64,000 bases of DNA from Vairimorpha necatrix (GCA_036630325.1 CP142733.1:248001-312000), one strand, 5' to 3'; counted from the first letter of the stretch, positions 28,061 through 40,802 are shown. Notes: a model not told the origin generated them from the sequence alone. Made by a program: numbers and translations.

Positions 28061-28108
28061 TGTATTTATTTATCATAATGATGGGTAAAAACATCAAAAT
28101 ATATAACA
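28061..28108 (-). repeat. 5' LTR, 48 bp
   Basis: tgtatttatttatcataatgatgggtaaaaacatcaaaatatataaca, bounded by the PBS and the TSD. Confidence 0.9.
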
Positions 28109-28186
28109 TTAAATTAAAAAAGTTTGTTGGTAAGAAAACAAAATCAAAACAAAAAAAAATAAATTGAGAGAATCAACAATGCCCCA

Positions 28187-28801
28187 ATGTTGCAAAGAAG
28201 TTATGTTTTTTTCTGATATTCTAGACTTCTGGAAAAACAAAGAAGCACATACATGCAGCAAAACAAGTACTAGTATCTGCGATTACTCAGATGACGTGAG
28301 GGCGTCATCTGATATTAAGAGTATAGATTACCAAAAAGAAAATATCATCATCAACAATTATTCAGGTGACGTGAGGGCGTTGCCTGGCAACTATGTTGAG
28401 AATGATATGGAAGCATTTAAAGAATATGCTGTGATAGAGAAAGAAGGAGGGGAAGATTTTAGGGGGAACTTAGAAGATGGGGCAAAGGGGGAAATAATTT
28501 TAACGGAGATAGAATTATTTGAGGAAAAAGCCATAGGCACAGGAAAATGTAGTGAGGAAGAGAGTAAAACTACAACAAGTTTTAACATACAAGAAATATC
28601 TGAAGAGGAATGGAAAAAAATAGGGGTTAAAATATGTAAACTCTATGCATTCCATCGTCTAGAAATAAGCTTTGAAAGGACGAGGGAAGCAGAAAAAAAT
28701 ATAGACGGTCGTGGAGGGGGATGTTTTACAATTTTTATGGAAAGCATTTCTGTTGCTCTTCAGAGGACCATGAGGATTCTGAAGAAGAATATGAATATTA
28801 A
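28187..28801 (+). pseudogene. Acidic family copy 3 (divergent, two frameshifts)
   Basis: CCCCA-ATG TTG CAA AGA AGT TAT GTT aligns with the paralog starts. Frameshifts in the T-run near 28208 and the A-run near 28695. An alternate frame gives RSWRGMFYNFYGKHFCCSSEDHEDSEEEYEY*. Confidence 0.8.
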
Positions 28802-29009
28802 TAAAGAAAAATAGTATAATCTTAACTTAAGATATTTTTTTATTAACTCTATCATTGTTTTTTATTAGGAGTCAAAAAGCAGAGATTTTTTTTTGTAAGT
28901 TATGTATTAACATGTGTTCTAACGCAACTAAGCCCTTTTATGATGTTTGTTGTTTACTTCAAAAAAAACTATATTTGTGATCTAAGTACTTTTTCACTTC
29001 TAGTAGATA

Positions 29010-29227
29010 ATTATTGTGGCGCGCGAACGTCGAATCTAGGATTTCTACCTGTGCATGCTTTGACCAACTAGGATTTCCATTCCCTGTGCAGGCGTTGACC
29101 CCGAGATTTCCTTAAGAAAAGCCCTGTCAAATCATATCTCAATTAGATAAATAAATGCTTCAAATTGGATCCGAACCCACGACTCATACGCAGGAAACAC
29201 CCAAGAATGCCACTAGACCACGGCATC
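29010..29227 (-). mobile_element. tRNA-derived SINE-like sequence
   Basis: Pol III A box TGGTCTAGTGG (29210-29220) and B box GGTTCGGATCC (29167-29177), with no convincing cloverleaf. Followed by a GC-richer body holding two TGCACAGG..GAAATCCTAG repeats. The 3' limit is approximate. Confidence 0.6.
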
Positions 29228-30666
29228 AAGAAAAAACATTAATACTTCTAATTAAAAAACCTTGCATTATTCAATTTGATAAATAAAATGATTGGTTTGC
29301 CGTAAAAATAATTCTTCCTACCAGAAATGCAGTTGATTATGATAATTTAACATTAATCTCACAAGGCAGGTGTTGGAATGAAAACATGGGTTTATTTATT
29401 ATAAAATATTTAAGAAACAACATGTCAATATATTAAAACAGAGACACCATATATTTGACATGTGTGGCACTTCCTACACTACCCCTTCTTTAAAAGCTTA
29501 ACATGATTTCGACTCGCCGTAACCGTTTTCTTACTGTCCAATAAAACTTTAAATGAATAAATTTTTTATTCTACTACCACTCATTTTTCTTCACATTTAG
29601 GTTCAAGTTTTTCTCTTATAGAGAGAATTAAATAGTACCAAACCCTATCTCCTACCTTTATGGTGTCCCCACTCTCCCCATTTTTCTTTCCACCCGTGTT
29701 ATATTCAAATCTGTAGGCTTCTAAATTTTTTAGGCATGTTCCTGATATTCTTCCAAATCTTTTGATGTCTTAATCCCTTCCTGTAAGTCTATTTTAAAAA
29801 GCACCCTTCCTGTAATAAGTTCTACAGGGGCGTAGCCTATAGCCCCATGGTAAGACTGTATATAGGCCTAAACCAAATTATGAACGCATTTTGCCCAATC
29901 AAATTTTCTTATTTATGTAATTTTCCTTAACTTTGAACCCATTGTTCTATTAAATCTCTCCACAAGCTCCGTGGTCGTAGGTTTATAGGAGAACCATATT
30001 TCCAGATAAAATTTTTAATCCTTGCACATTCATCACAGATTTTATTTTTGAACTCTTTACCATTATCAGTTAGTATGGCTTTCGGATATCCATGTTTCCC
30101 GACTATATGTTTATCGATCAAATAAACAACCGTATTCATATCCTTTGTATAAACCGGCACTACCTCTGCAATTTTCGAAAAATGGTCTATCATTGTTATT
30201 AAAAACTTGTATCCTTGCTCACTCTCGTTCGGGGGGCCTACCATGCTTATTTTCACAGATTTCTCCTAATTTATTTGCTACCACTTGTACAATTCTTTAT
30301 ATATTCTTGGAGGTTTTTACTTTTGACAAGCTTCACAGTTGTCAACATAGTCTTCTATGTCTTTGACCAATATTATACTTCATGTTTTGTTTTGATCCGT
30401 GGCCTAATAAATCAAAAAAAAACTTTAACAATACCAATGTTCTTTCTTTTTTTATAACCTTCTTTTGTACTAGGTTTATTTCCAAAACATTCTCTCCTTC
30501 CTTTTTAAATTCTCTGCTCAGGTGATCTGTATGGTTTGATGGCCCTGTTATATATTCAATATCAAAGTCATATTCTTGTAAATTAATTGTCATCTAGCCA
30601 GCCTAGCTTTAACGTTTATAGACTTAAACAAATATTTCAGAGCTTGATGATTAGTTTTTAATGTTA

Positions 30667-31950
30667 CAGGGTTTTGCATTTTTATAGTCCAACTTTTGCA
30701 TTTTTATAGTCCATTTTTTGAAAAAAAACCAAGATTTGATAAAAAATCAAAAATCAATAGAATTATGCAAAAAATATATACAAACTCATTTAATTAGATA
30801 AACCATTTTTCTGCCTTGCCATTTCTAACCATCTAAACATATTAGTGTAGAATCCATTACACGAAAGGCTGAAATCATCGTTCAGCATTTGTTCCAAATC
30901 CGTTTCAACAGCATTATTTGAGTTCCTTATAGCACAAAACCTTGATTTTATCATAGAAAAAAACTCTTCAATGGGATTAAGTTGTAGAAAATACGGAGGC
31001 AAAAAAACATAAGATATGCCTAATTCTCTTAGCTTACCTAAAACTTCTCTTGAATGATGAAATTTAGCATTATCCATGATTAAAATCTTTTGAGGATTTC
31101 TTTGGAAAAATTCTACAAGATGTCTTTCAATAAATTCGACAAATAGAGCAGAATTATATGCGCCCCTTTTCATTTCGTATGCTATAATATTCGATTTTGA
31201 AATTACGCAAAGACAACTTAAATTTTTGCCTCGGTTTGCAGGGACTGTTTAAAATGCTTTTTTATTATTATATGAAACCCCATAATGCCTTGTGGTATGA
31301 GCATTAAATCCAGTTTCATTCAAAAAATCAAATTTTCTAGTGAATATCCTGATATTTCCATAGCATATTCTGCTCTTTTATCAATTTTGTCCTGCAAATT
31401 ACGCTCTGCAGGAATTAGAGGCAGTCCTTTTCTTGTAATATTTAGATATTTCAACTTTCTCGAAATAGTTGACAAAGACATTGAAACATTTGCTATTGCA
31501 AAAGTTCTTCTTTGAATTCACTTAGAGTCTTGTCATTACTACGTGCAATTACGTTTTTAAGCACAATGTCGATAGGCTTTAAAACTCTATGAGCTGAAAC
31601 TTTAGAACGATTTGTTGTACCTGTAGAAACAATGGATTCTCCCTCTAACATTTTCCTACGGACCCTCCAAATTGTTTTATAATTTAAATCTAATGTTGTA
31701 GCAATATCTTTTAGGGTCAAGTTTTCGTTTTTTATATGTCTTTCAATGAGCTTTAAGACATCAGGAGTGACCGAAGATCTCGCTTTTCTAGGCATTAGGG
31801 GGTTTTTTTCAAAAAGGCCATTGAAATAAAAAAAAATGGACTATAAAATGCAAAAAATGGACTATAAAAATGCAAAAGTTGGACTATAAAAAATGCAAAA
31901 GTTAGACTAAAAAAATGCAAAAGTTGGACTATAAAAAATGCAAACCCCTG
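30667..31950 (-). mobile_element. Tc1/IS630-like transposon, transposase disrupted
   Basis: TA TSD; TIRs CAGGG(G/T)TTTGCATTTTT(T)ATAGTCCAAC with ~24-bp subterminal repeats. HTH N-terminus from ATG 31795; motifs IMDNAKFH and LPPY..QLNPIEEFFS. Confidence 0.93.
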
Positions 31951-32369
31951 TAACTTACATAATAAGTATTCTCTGAAATGTTGAATGTATTTTATTACCG
32001 CCATTATATCTTGTTCCGTTGTGGAATATTTCTTTTTCGTCTTTGAGTGCAGGGAGCTGTAATAAGAAACATTCTTTTCTCTTCCTCCAATTACTTGTGC
32101 CAAAGTGGCGCCACATCCCTCGTTTGATGCATCTGTTGTCAAAATGAATTTATCCTTCACGTTTGGTATGGTCAATAGGGCCGTTCTCTTCATAGCCTGT
32201 TTTACACTTCGACTGCCTTGCAGTATTTTTTATCATTCTCTGCATTTTTCTAAAGTTATCAGCTTCCCCATTCTTGAGCCTGATTGTATCAAATAATGAG
32301 CTAATCACCTTGTAACTGTTTTTTATAAATTTTGCACAGTAATTATACAGCCCCAACAATGATTGTAGC

Positions 32370-34539
32370 GGCGCTCCTTAAATTCAAAATCACAGAGGTT
32401 AAAAAAATTAAAAATTAAAAAAAACCATTTATTCTAACAAAAGTGTTTTTTTTTTTTTTGAAAATTTCAGCATAAGTATCGATATTTTTGTCTTTTAGAT
32501 TTTACTTCTAAATTGGAATTCATATATAAAATCTTTCATATTTATCTTCATTATTCCTCTTCTTGTTCTTAATTCTGTTTTTAAATGACTCCATATATTC
32601 TCTATTTTATTAGTATGATGTCCATACTCATTAGTAAAGGAAACACTATGATTAACAACTTCATGAACAGATCCGAAGTCACGAACAGCAGAACTGTAAG
32701 ATGCAACATCATCAGTTCTTATTATCGTTCCTTCGACAACATACTCCTTAAAAAGCTCTAACATCACAGCCGCAGTCCCATTAGGAACAATTTTTAGAAA
32801 ACAGTCCCTATCTTCATTTTCTATACCCCCAACCAACCAAGTCGTTTCAGGTATATCATCTTCCTCTGTAGTAGGATTCGTAATTATACGACCTCTACAG
32901 ATTGCTGTTTGTCAACCTGAATAGTTTTACCTATTTTTACAAAAAATGTATTTATTTTATTTTTTCAAGGATGACCCCCTTGAAAGAAATATATGTGGGC
33001 TCGGAGACCTCGCATGTTACTGAGGCCATGGGGTTAGTCATTTTCATTACCCAACAATACAACATTCGGCTAAAATCAGCTTTAGTGTAAAAAAAATGGG
33101 GGTCAAAATTTTTAAAAAATTGCCCCTTTTTTTAAAAAACGAAGGGAATGCTGAGTAAAGAAGAAATTGAAGATTTTTATGAACATCTGCTAAGAAAGAA
33201 ATATAAACAGAAATGTTCAATTTGTGGCTGGGATACATCTAGAGTATCTAACGAAGCATTTTATTTGAGATGTAAATTTCCCAAATGCGGCCAAAGATTT
33301 TCAATTTGGAATAATACTCTATTTTCAAATAGTAAGATAGATCATATTCTTATGCTGAAAATTGTTAATCTATGGACAATGGGACTTAAAATAGCGCATA
33401 TTTCTAAAATTTTGGAATGTAATATGCAAAATGTAAGCGCTACACTTGAGAAATTATATAAATTAAAAATTTATGAAAAATATATAAATAAAACAAAACA
33501 AATAGGAGGCGAAAATATCATAGTGGAGATCGACGAAAGTAAAATAGGTAAGAATAAATACCACAGGGGAAAATTAGTTAAGGATTTTGGATTTTTGGGA
33601 TGGTAGAAAGAACAACAGAAAAGAAGATAATATTTGTCATAATAAATAAAAGAAACAAGGATACATTGCTGCCGATCTTATTTAAGAATGTAAATTTGAA
33701 ATTTATTATTCATTCCGATATGTGGAAGGCCTATATAACGTTAAAAAGCCATTACGCGGACCATAGAATTGTAAATCACAGTCAAATATTTAGAGACGGA
33801 GAGACAGGTGTGCATACAAACACCATCGAAAAAAATTGGAGGTCTTTAAAAGCCTCTATACCCAATAGGTGTAGAACATATGAATTTGCTGAAATATATT
33901 TAGTTCTATATATGATTAAAAGAAATGAGAGCGAAGACATCTTCAAAGCATTATTAAAATTATGTTTTTGTTATATTTTAATTATTTTAAAGTTAATTTT
34001 CATGCATTTTTATATCTTAATTATATTTTATTTTTTTTCTGAAGTTTTCTCTTCCCTTCGTTTTTTAAAAAAAGGGGCAATTTTTTAAAAATTTTGACCC
34101 CCCCCATTTTTTTTACACTAAAGCTGATTTTAGCCCAACATTCTAAGTTGTATATGTGTGGGCATTCGAGACTTCTGGAGAAAAGTACCATGTTTGATAC
34201 ATTTTCTTTTTTTGCAGCCATTCGTGCAATAAAAGCAGATTCCTTTTAAGTAATTTCTGGACTTGACTTGGTTCATAAAACAACCACAGTCACACCTTAC
34301 AGTATGTCTGTAGAAGTTTAGAGGCTTTAAGTACTCTATTGCAGGTTTCTCTTCAACAAAGATTATGCTGTAGAGGTTCTTTACTTGCATTGGGGGTAAA
34401 AAATTAAAATTCAAAAATCGCTTTCCTTAAATTCAAAATCATAGGGGCATTTGGATTTTTTTTTGTAGAACGTTTACAATACATGTTCGCGAATTTTTTA
34501 ATTTTTTTAACCCCTGTGATTTTGAATTTAAGGAGCGCC
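32370..34539 (-). mobile_element. Merlin transposon interrupted by another Merlin
   Basis: TIR GGCGCTCCTTAAATTCAAAATCACAG; perfect TSD ATTGTAGC; motifs IRTDD..SY and HTNKIENIWSHLK. Confidence 0.93.
33068..34135 (+). mobile_element. Merlin transposon (one frameshift near 33590)
   Basis: TIR GGCTAAAATCAGCTTTAGTGTAAAAAAAATGGGGG; perfect TSD CAACATTC. ORFs 33148-33606 and 33600-34088 carry VEIDES, HSDMWKAY and HTNTIE. Confidence 0.95.
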
Positions 34540-36488
34540 ATTGTAGCTTTACTTATTTTTAGGGATTGGTAGCTGTGAATACTCCTCACTCTCTCTTCGT
34601 CTACCCTTATTCCATCCTTTGATATTACATGGCCTAAAATTCTTAACTCAATCTTATTAAATTCGCATTTCTCCTTATTAAGTTTCAATCCTACCGATTT
34701 GAGCTTTTACAGTGCCATTTGGACATCTCTTCTATGATCTTCTTCAGTTTACTATAAAATAGTATATCATGCATATATACTACAACAAACTTAAACAAAA
34801 ATTCCCTCAATATATCATTCATCGCCCGCTGAAATGTAGCTGATCCGTCAACGAGCCCAAATGGCCTTTTAGTAAATTCGAATAACCCTTCTTTACAGGC
34901 GAAGGCTGTTTTCTCAATGTCACACGGCGCCATATCAATTTAATGGTATCTCGATTCGGCGTCCAACTTTGTAAAATACGTAGCGCCTTCTAATGAAATT
35001 ATGAATTCTTTTACTCTAGGCATTGAATACGCGTCTTTAATTGTCGCATCAATCAGTTTTCTATAGTGCACATAGCCTATGATCTCCATTCTTTTTTGGA
35101 AAAATAATAATTCGACTTCTACACGCACTTTCACTGGTTCTTATTATTCCTAAGCTCAGATATTCTTTTATTATTTTCGCTGCTATATCCTCCTTTGCGC
35201 CACCCAACTTGTATAACTATAATAATATAGGGTTATCATCTTTTGTGATGATCTTATGGTAACCTATAGCTTTAACTTTTGCCATTTGTCCAGATTCAAT
35301 TTCCATTCTGTTTCCCCCCAAATCTTAAACTTATTTTGTATTTCCTGAGTAGCATGTCCTATGATGCATGAGATTGTGATATCTCTTGTTATAATGAACT
35401 TGTCTTCAAATATCATCCCCTCAATTTTGATTTTCGCTTCCGCCCCCCTTTTTTTTCTTTTATCCATTTGCCGCTCTAAGCTGTTGTTTTGAAGTATTAA
35501 CAACAGTTTTCCTAGGTAACAGTTCTGGTATAATCAGATTTAAGTCTGCTCCTGTATCTATCAGTACTTTGAATTTTTCTTTTGAATTGCTTAATGACGC
35601 AGCTTTGAGCGTTGTTCTAATGACATTAACCTTTGACACGGAATAGTTAAAAATAAATTTAATAGAATCGTTTTCCTCAAATTCTTCCTTCTTCTCTGTG
35701 AAATTTTCAACAACTCTAACATTCTTTCGGAAAGTATTAAATTTGCATTGTGTAACTATATGACCCCTTCCCCACAAATAAAACACTTAATCTTTCCATT
35801 CTTTCCTGTTTTTTCATTGTTTTTCTGCCAGACTTTTCCTCTGATAGCATCTACTTCCATAGGTTCTCCTCGCACTATTTCTGTATATTTTTGAACATTC
35901 TCACACTTCACATTACTCAAAGCCCTGTAAATGTATCCCCACGATAGTGAATCATTAATATTTACTAGAACAATATTAGCTAAATCATTGGGTAGTCCCT
36001 TTAACGCAAAGGCAATTAATATACTCCCAGGAACATTACCCTTGCGTGCTAGTCCCGCCATCTTGTCCAAATAATTTAAAATCGAGCCTCCGTGGTATCT
36101 TAAAGCAGAAAGTTTATCAATGCATATTTTTAACTGCATTTTACTAAATAATCATTCCTTAAATAATTCAATCAACTTATCCAATCCAAGTCCCATTTGC
36201 AATTGATTAACCCAGTCTCTCGCTTCATCCTTTAAAGACATTTTAAACAGGAGCATCCGTTTCCCCCCACTCCACTCCCGTAACCTCCCCCCGCCTCTAG
36301 CATGTCCTCCAAGAACTGCTGTGGGTCATCTCTTTCTTCATTTCTGAATATTAGAAATTTATTGTCGTTCTCGCCAAATTGTTGGAATAAAAACAAGTTT
36401 TTATTTATTTTAAAATATTTAAGAAACAACATGTCAAATATATCAAAACAGAGACACCATATATTTGACATGTGTAGCACTTCCTACA

Positions 36489-38092
36489 GCAGAGATAATG
36501 CTATTGTTTTAGAAAGAAACAAAAAGTGGTTGAAAAAAAGCTTTCAATTACCTTTTTTAAGATGGGTACTATTTTTAAGGGATGAGGCCAATGGAAACCA
36601 TCTAAAGATTTGCCACAATGAACAGCTTAAAGCTATGACAGTTTAATGTAATTCTTTCTGTGATGTTATGCCTAACATCCCAATTGGGCATTGCGTGTCT
36701 ACCCGTCAAACATCAATGACCTGTCGTGGGGCCATACAAACAAACAAACAAAACGAAATCATATATTTCGTTGTACAATTGTAAGTAATCTAATGTTTGT
36801 TGAAATGTTTGAAATCGTAGAAACGTCATTTTAAAATATAAAAACAACTTCACGAAGAAGGGTACGCAATGTTCAGAGAAAAGGAAAGGAACATGAAGGG
36901 CGAGTTTAGAAATGGAAAGAGCCCATACGCCCGTAGCAACGAGGGTAATATTAACCATAATAAAAGTATATTAAATAATTATTTTAAATTTAGGAAACTT
37001 TTTGTAATACAGGACACTTTCCACTGGCTTCGTCACAGGGTGTTAACAGATTTGAAGTATCATTCAAAAAGTTTTTTTTTAAAATCCCCAGGGACATCAT
37101 CAAAAAAGTCGTCTCCGAATGCATCGTATGTGGACAATCGCAACCGTTAAAAAATAAAGAGCGCCAAGTTCATATTACGGCCTCCAACCAATGGAACAAA
37201 TTATGATCGATTTAATCAATATGACGCGATATAATGTGTTTAACGATGGGTATTGTTGGATTTTACATAATAATAGATTTGAATTATAAGTTTGCGATGG
37301 TCTTTTCACTAAAAAGTAAAAGGGGAGAAGAGGTTACAAAAAACCTAAAATTTTTATTTTACATCATGACTGGTCCCCCGAGTTCCTTCAACTCGATAAT
37401 GTAAAGGACAACTGCAATTCCTATATAAATGAACTATGTGCAAACTTTGTATTTGTTCAAAAACATAGTAGGCCGCGTCACCCACATTCAATGGGCAAAT
37501 AGAAAGGTTTAATCAAACTTTAACTAGCACTATTCTAAAACATGTTTTTTAAGAATGTTTTCTAGCTGTTGGTAATTTTAAAACCGAAGATGAAAAGGAA
37601 TGGCTTAAACATCTTAAAAAAGTCGTATACATTTATAATTTGGCCAAACATAGGGCGACAAATCAGGTTCCCTTTAGCCTATTCTTAAAAATACCAGAAT
37701 TTAATTCTGGTTTTACCCAGAATGGTAACGAGTTTTTAAATGATAGCATGAAAGAACTTGAATTGATGATTGATGCAATAAATTAAAATCAAGTTATGAT
37801 GGTGTTCTTTAAGAATAAAATAGAATCTGGTTCAGTTGATCCAATTTACCTTGAAAGAATGGATCGTCATTCATTGGTCCATATCTCAAAATATACTTCT
37901 ATAATTGGGTACAAGGTGATTGTAGCTAGAGACTTTGATAATAATATCAAAACAAAAAAACTTTTATTATCTTTCTTTTATTCTAAAAAAATTAGGGCTA
38001 CAGAAATTCTATCAAACAACAGAGTAAAATGTGAAACTGAAGAAGGTAAACAGATTTTTTTTCTATGTCTAGGCTCAAAAAACAATAATATT
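36489..38092 (+). pseudogene. Degenerate stand-alone rve integrase (Ginger/TDD- or KRBA2/SCAND3-like)
   Basis: Hand translation across frameshifts: ECIVCGQSQP, MEQIMIDLINM, NDGYCWILH, LKSKRGEEV, GPP..LQLDN, SRPRHP and GQIERFNQTL. No adjacent RT on this strand. The family assignment is an inference. Confidence 0.7.
36659..37016. mobile_element. Solo LTR (358 bp), inverse-orientation relative of 57575-57946
   Basis: TGTGATGT...ACAGGACA termini with TSD CTTTC. Confidence 0.85.
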
Positions 38093-39241
38093 GGTTAAGT
38101 TGCGATGTTACCCCCCCTAAAAAAATTAAAAAAAGGGGGAGAAAATAAAAAAAAAGACAAAACTAAAATTTATTCAATTAATCCAAAATCAAATTCAGGG
38201 GCTAAATCGTAATTTAAAAACCATATATTTTGAACTTCAAAGAAGCGTAACATTCTTTCAAGTAGTGATTCTCTATAAATTAACTTAAAACGAGCTATAT
38301 AAAGTCTTCGAATGAGATTCATTAAAGAACCATGGCCTGTTCCTTCTTTGCGCAATTCCTTTTAATTACAGGATACATTCCCTCAATTGTTTGGGTGTGG
38401 GCGCCTGTTGTTGGATTTACAAAATTTTGGCTATGATTTACAGTTAAATGTAAATAGTTATATTCCGAACATAGTTCCGAAAACCCTTCATAACCCCGCC
38501 AATAATCAGTAATAATTGTAGATCCAGGTGCGATTTTTCGTTTTTTTAATTCGACAAGAGTATTTCTTGATCGATTTTCATTAATTTCGAAAAAAAGAAT
38601 TGCTGTCTCCTCGTACAACTCCACTAACGGCCCAAACTTGGTATTGAAGGATTCTACCGTTATGGTTTTTACTTTTAACAAGCAATGTCTCGTCTATTTC
38701 AACTACGAAATTTAAACCTCCTAAGGTTTTGTTTTTTATATAGTTGAAATGGGATAAGAATACAGCGTTATTAAAACGCGTAAACCAGCGAGATGCGGTA
38801 CTACTATCTATATCCAATTTGATAGTAGATGAAACATTGCATACACCTTTAACCCATTTACGCAGCAAAATTAAAAGATCTTCGATATCTAATCTAGAAC
38901 TTTTAAAAATGCTTTCCTTGTAAATGTTACCTTCGTTTGAGCATTTTCTCCCATTTCGTCGTAAGTAACAACGATATTTGTCCAAATTATTTCTAATTTT
39001 GGTCATGGGTGTCATGCACTTATTGCACATTGGTACCATTATTATATTTTTTACAAGAAGAAATAAAAATAATTCCTCCTTTTTATATATTAATTTTCTA
39101 AAATTCTTTATGTTAATTTTAGGGGCATAATTTTATTCCTTTTTTATTTTTCCTCTTTTTTTTATTTTTTCCTCTTTTTTTTATTTTTTCCCCTTTTTTT
39201 AATTTTTTTAGGGGTGGGGGAGGTAACATCGCAATTTAACC
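38093..39241 (-). mobile_element. Merlin transposon, frameshifted
   Basis: TIR GGTTAA(G/A)TTGCGATGTTACC; motifs VEIDETLL, ITDYWRGY and AHTQTIEG. No TSD seen. Confidence 0.9.
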
Positions 39242-40802
39242 GAGAAAACTAAAAAACGACGTTATTTATAGAGTATTCTATATCTCATATATATATAAGT
39301 GCTTAACATAATTGGGGTTTAATATTATTACTGAATACAACATCCCCCTCCCGGCGATTAGTCTCATTCAACATACTGTAAATCGCCTACACCCTTAAGA
39401 TCATAATGCCTTTTTCCCCAACCTTCCATTTGTAATCTCACTATATATGAATCCACTTGGCATAGCTCAATCACTCTTCCCATGTCTAAAAATCGACCCT
39501 TACTATACTTATTACATCCCTTAAAAACTCATTCTTGGCAACTCCAACTATCTGGTTCCTTTTGAATTTTTCTTTAAACCAACTTTTAAACTGCTGCGCA
39601 TACTTTCCCTCAGGACTATTCTCCATACTAACATTTCCTGTATTATCGGTTCAAGCTTCAACTGGCGTGCACTTAATTCCAGCATTAAAACTTAAATTAT
39701 ATTTCTCAATAGGTTCATAAACCTTGGTCTCAAATTTCTCTTTTTGGCTCTTTAAAATACTATCTTTTACAGTTCAAATAATTCTTTCTACTCTTCCATT
39801 ACTTCTGTGCGACTCAACGCTGACCTTTCTATGAATAATATCCAAATTTCTACATAGCTCGGTAACTTTTTCGTTGCAAAACTCTTTACCATTTTCCTTA
39901 ATGATTTCCTCTGGTTTTCTGTCCTGTTTACACAAATCCTTAATAAATTCTGCAATTACAATTGCGTGCTTGCTCTTAAATACTCTTCCCCATAATCTCC
40001 TTGTAAAGTAATCAACTGCTAAGACAATGACGCTTTTTCTATACTGAATTCTATTAAATCTAAGCCAACCTTCTCTAAATATCTTGTTGTGCTCACTAAA
40101 TCAGTACCACCACTCGTTTTTCTATTATCAATCTGACAAGTCTCGCAATTCTTAAGTACCTTTTCGATCTGATCCTTAATTCCTGGTCAATAATACTGTT
40201 TCCTCAACTCATAATATACCGTTGTTCTGCTTCTGTGTCTCAAATTGAAATGACAATCCATTATTAATCTCTCTCTGTCTTGTTCCAAAGGCATTTCACT
40301 TTCTCTACCACTATCAAATGCCCAGTATTCTTTACCTTCTACAATTTTACGTGCTTATTTCTTTTCCCTTCTATTTGTTTATCACGGCGTGTTTCATTTC
40401 TCTTTTTCTTTGCATTCTTTTCTTTTGTATATATCCTACTTAGAGCATCGGCTACGACACTATTTTCTGGAGTTCTATATTCTATCTCGAAATCAAATTC
40501 CTGATTTTCTCGACCCCCTATTAATTCTAGCATTTTTAAAGTCGGGCTTAAATCTTATTTCGCCCAACGCTTTATGATCAGTTTCTATTTTAAATTTCCT
40601 GCCTCTTAATTCATATTCAAACTTTTTAACGCCTCCCCCCAAAACTGCGTACATTTTCTTTTCTGATATTCCATAATTAATCTCCGCAATGGTAAACTTC
40701 TTAGACGCCCACTGTACTGGCACCCATTCTCCTTGATTATTTTTCTGTAACAATACTGCACTCATGCCTACATTACTAACGTCAATCCTCAACAAAAATT
40801 CT

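Larger units (their letters stand above)
24944..28108 (-). mobile_element. Minimal gypsy retrotransposon (3165 bp): 48-49 bp LTRs, short Gag-CCHC, RT, RNase H, integrase; no protease motif; frameshifted
   Basis: LTRs 24944-24992 and 28061-28108; TSD TTAAA; PPT GGAGGGGGA; PBS TGGGGCGATACC. Motifs CFNCGRFGHMVRDC, RLVSNL, TDASNVGIGAVL, EKEMYAV, ADALSR, ITDNGREF and SNGRVER. Confidence 0.93.
29371..36488 (-). mobile_element. Decayed gypsy retrotransposon (gag-PR-RT-RH-IN) with 108-109 bp LTRs and nested DNA transposons
   Basis: LTRs 29371-29478 and 36380-36488; TSD gcagg/gcaga; PBS TGGCGAGAAC; PPT AAGAAGGGGTAG. Motifs CFICG..GH...QC, LIDTGADL, KTAFAC, TDASNEGCG and LTDNGKEF. Confidence 0.92.

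Noticed and set aside
29155-29227. Functional tRNA gene
   Set aside because: A and B boxes are present, but I could not form convincing acceptor and anticodon stems.
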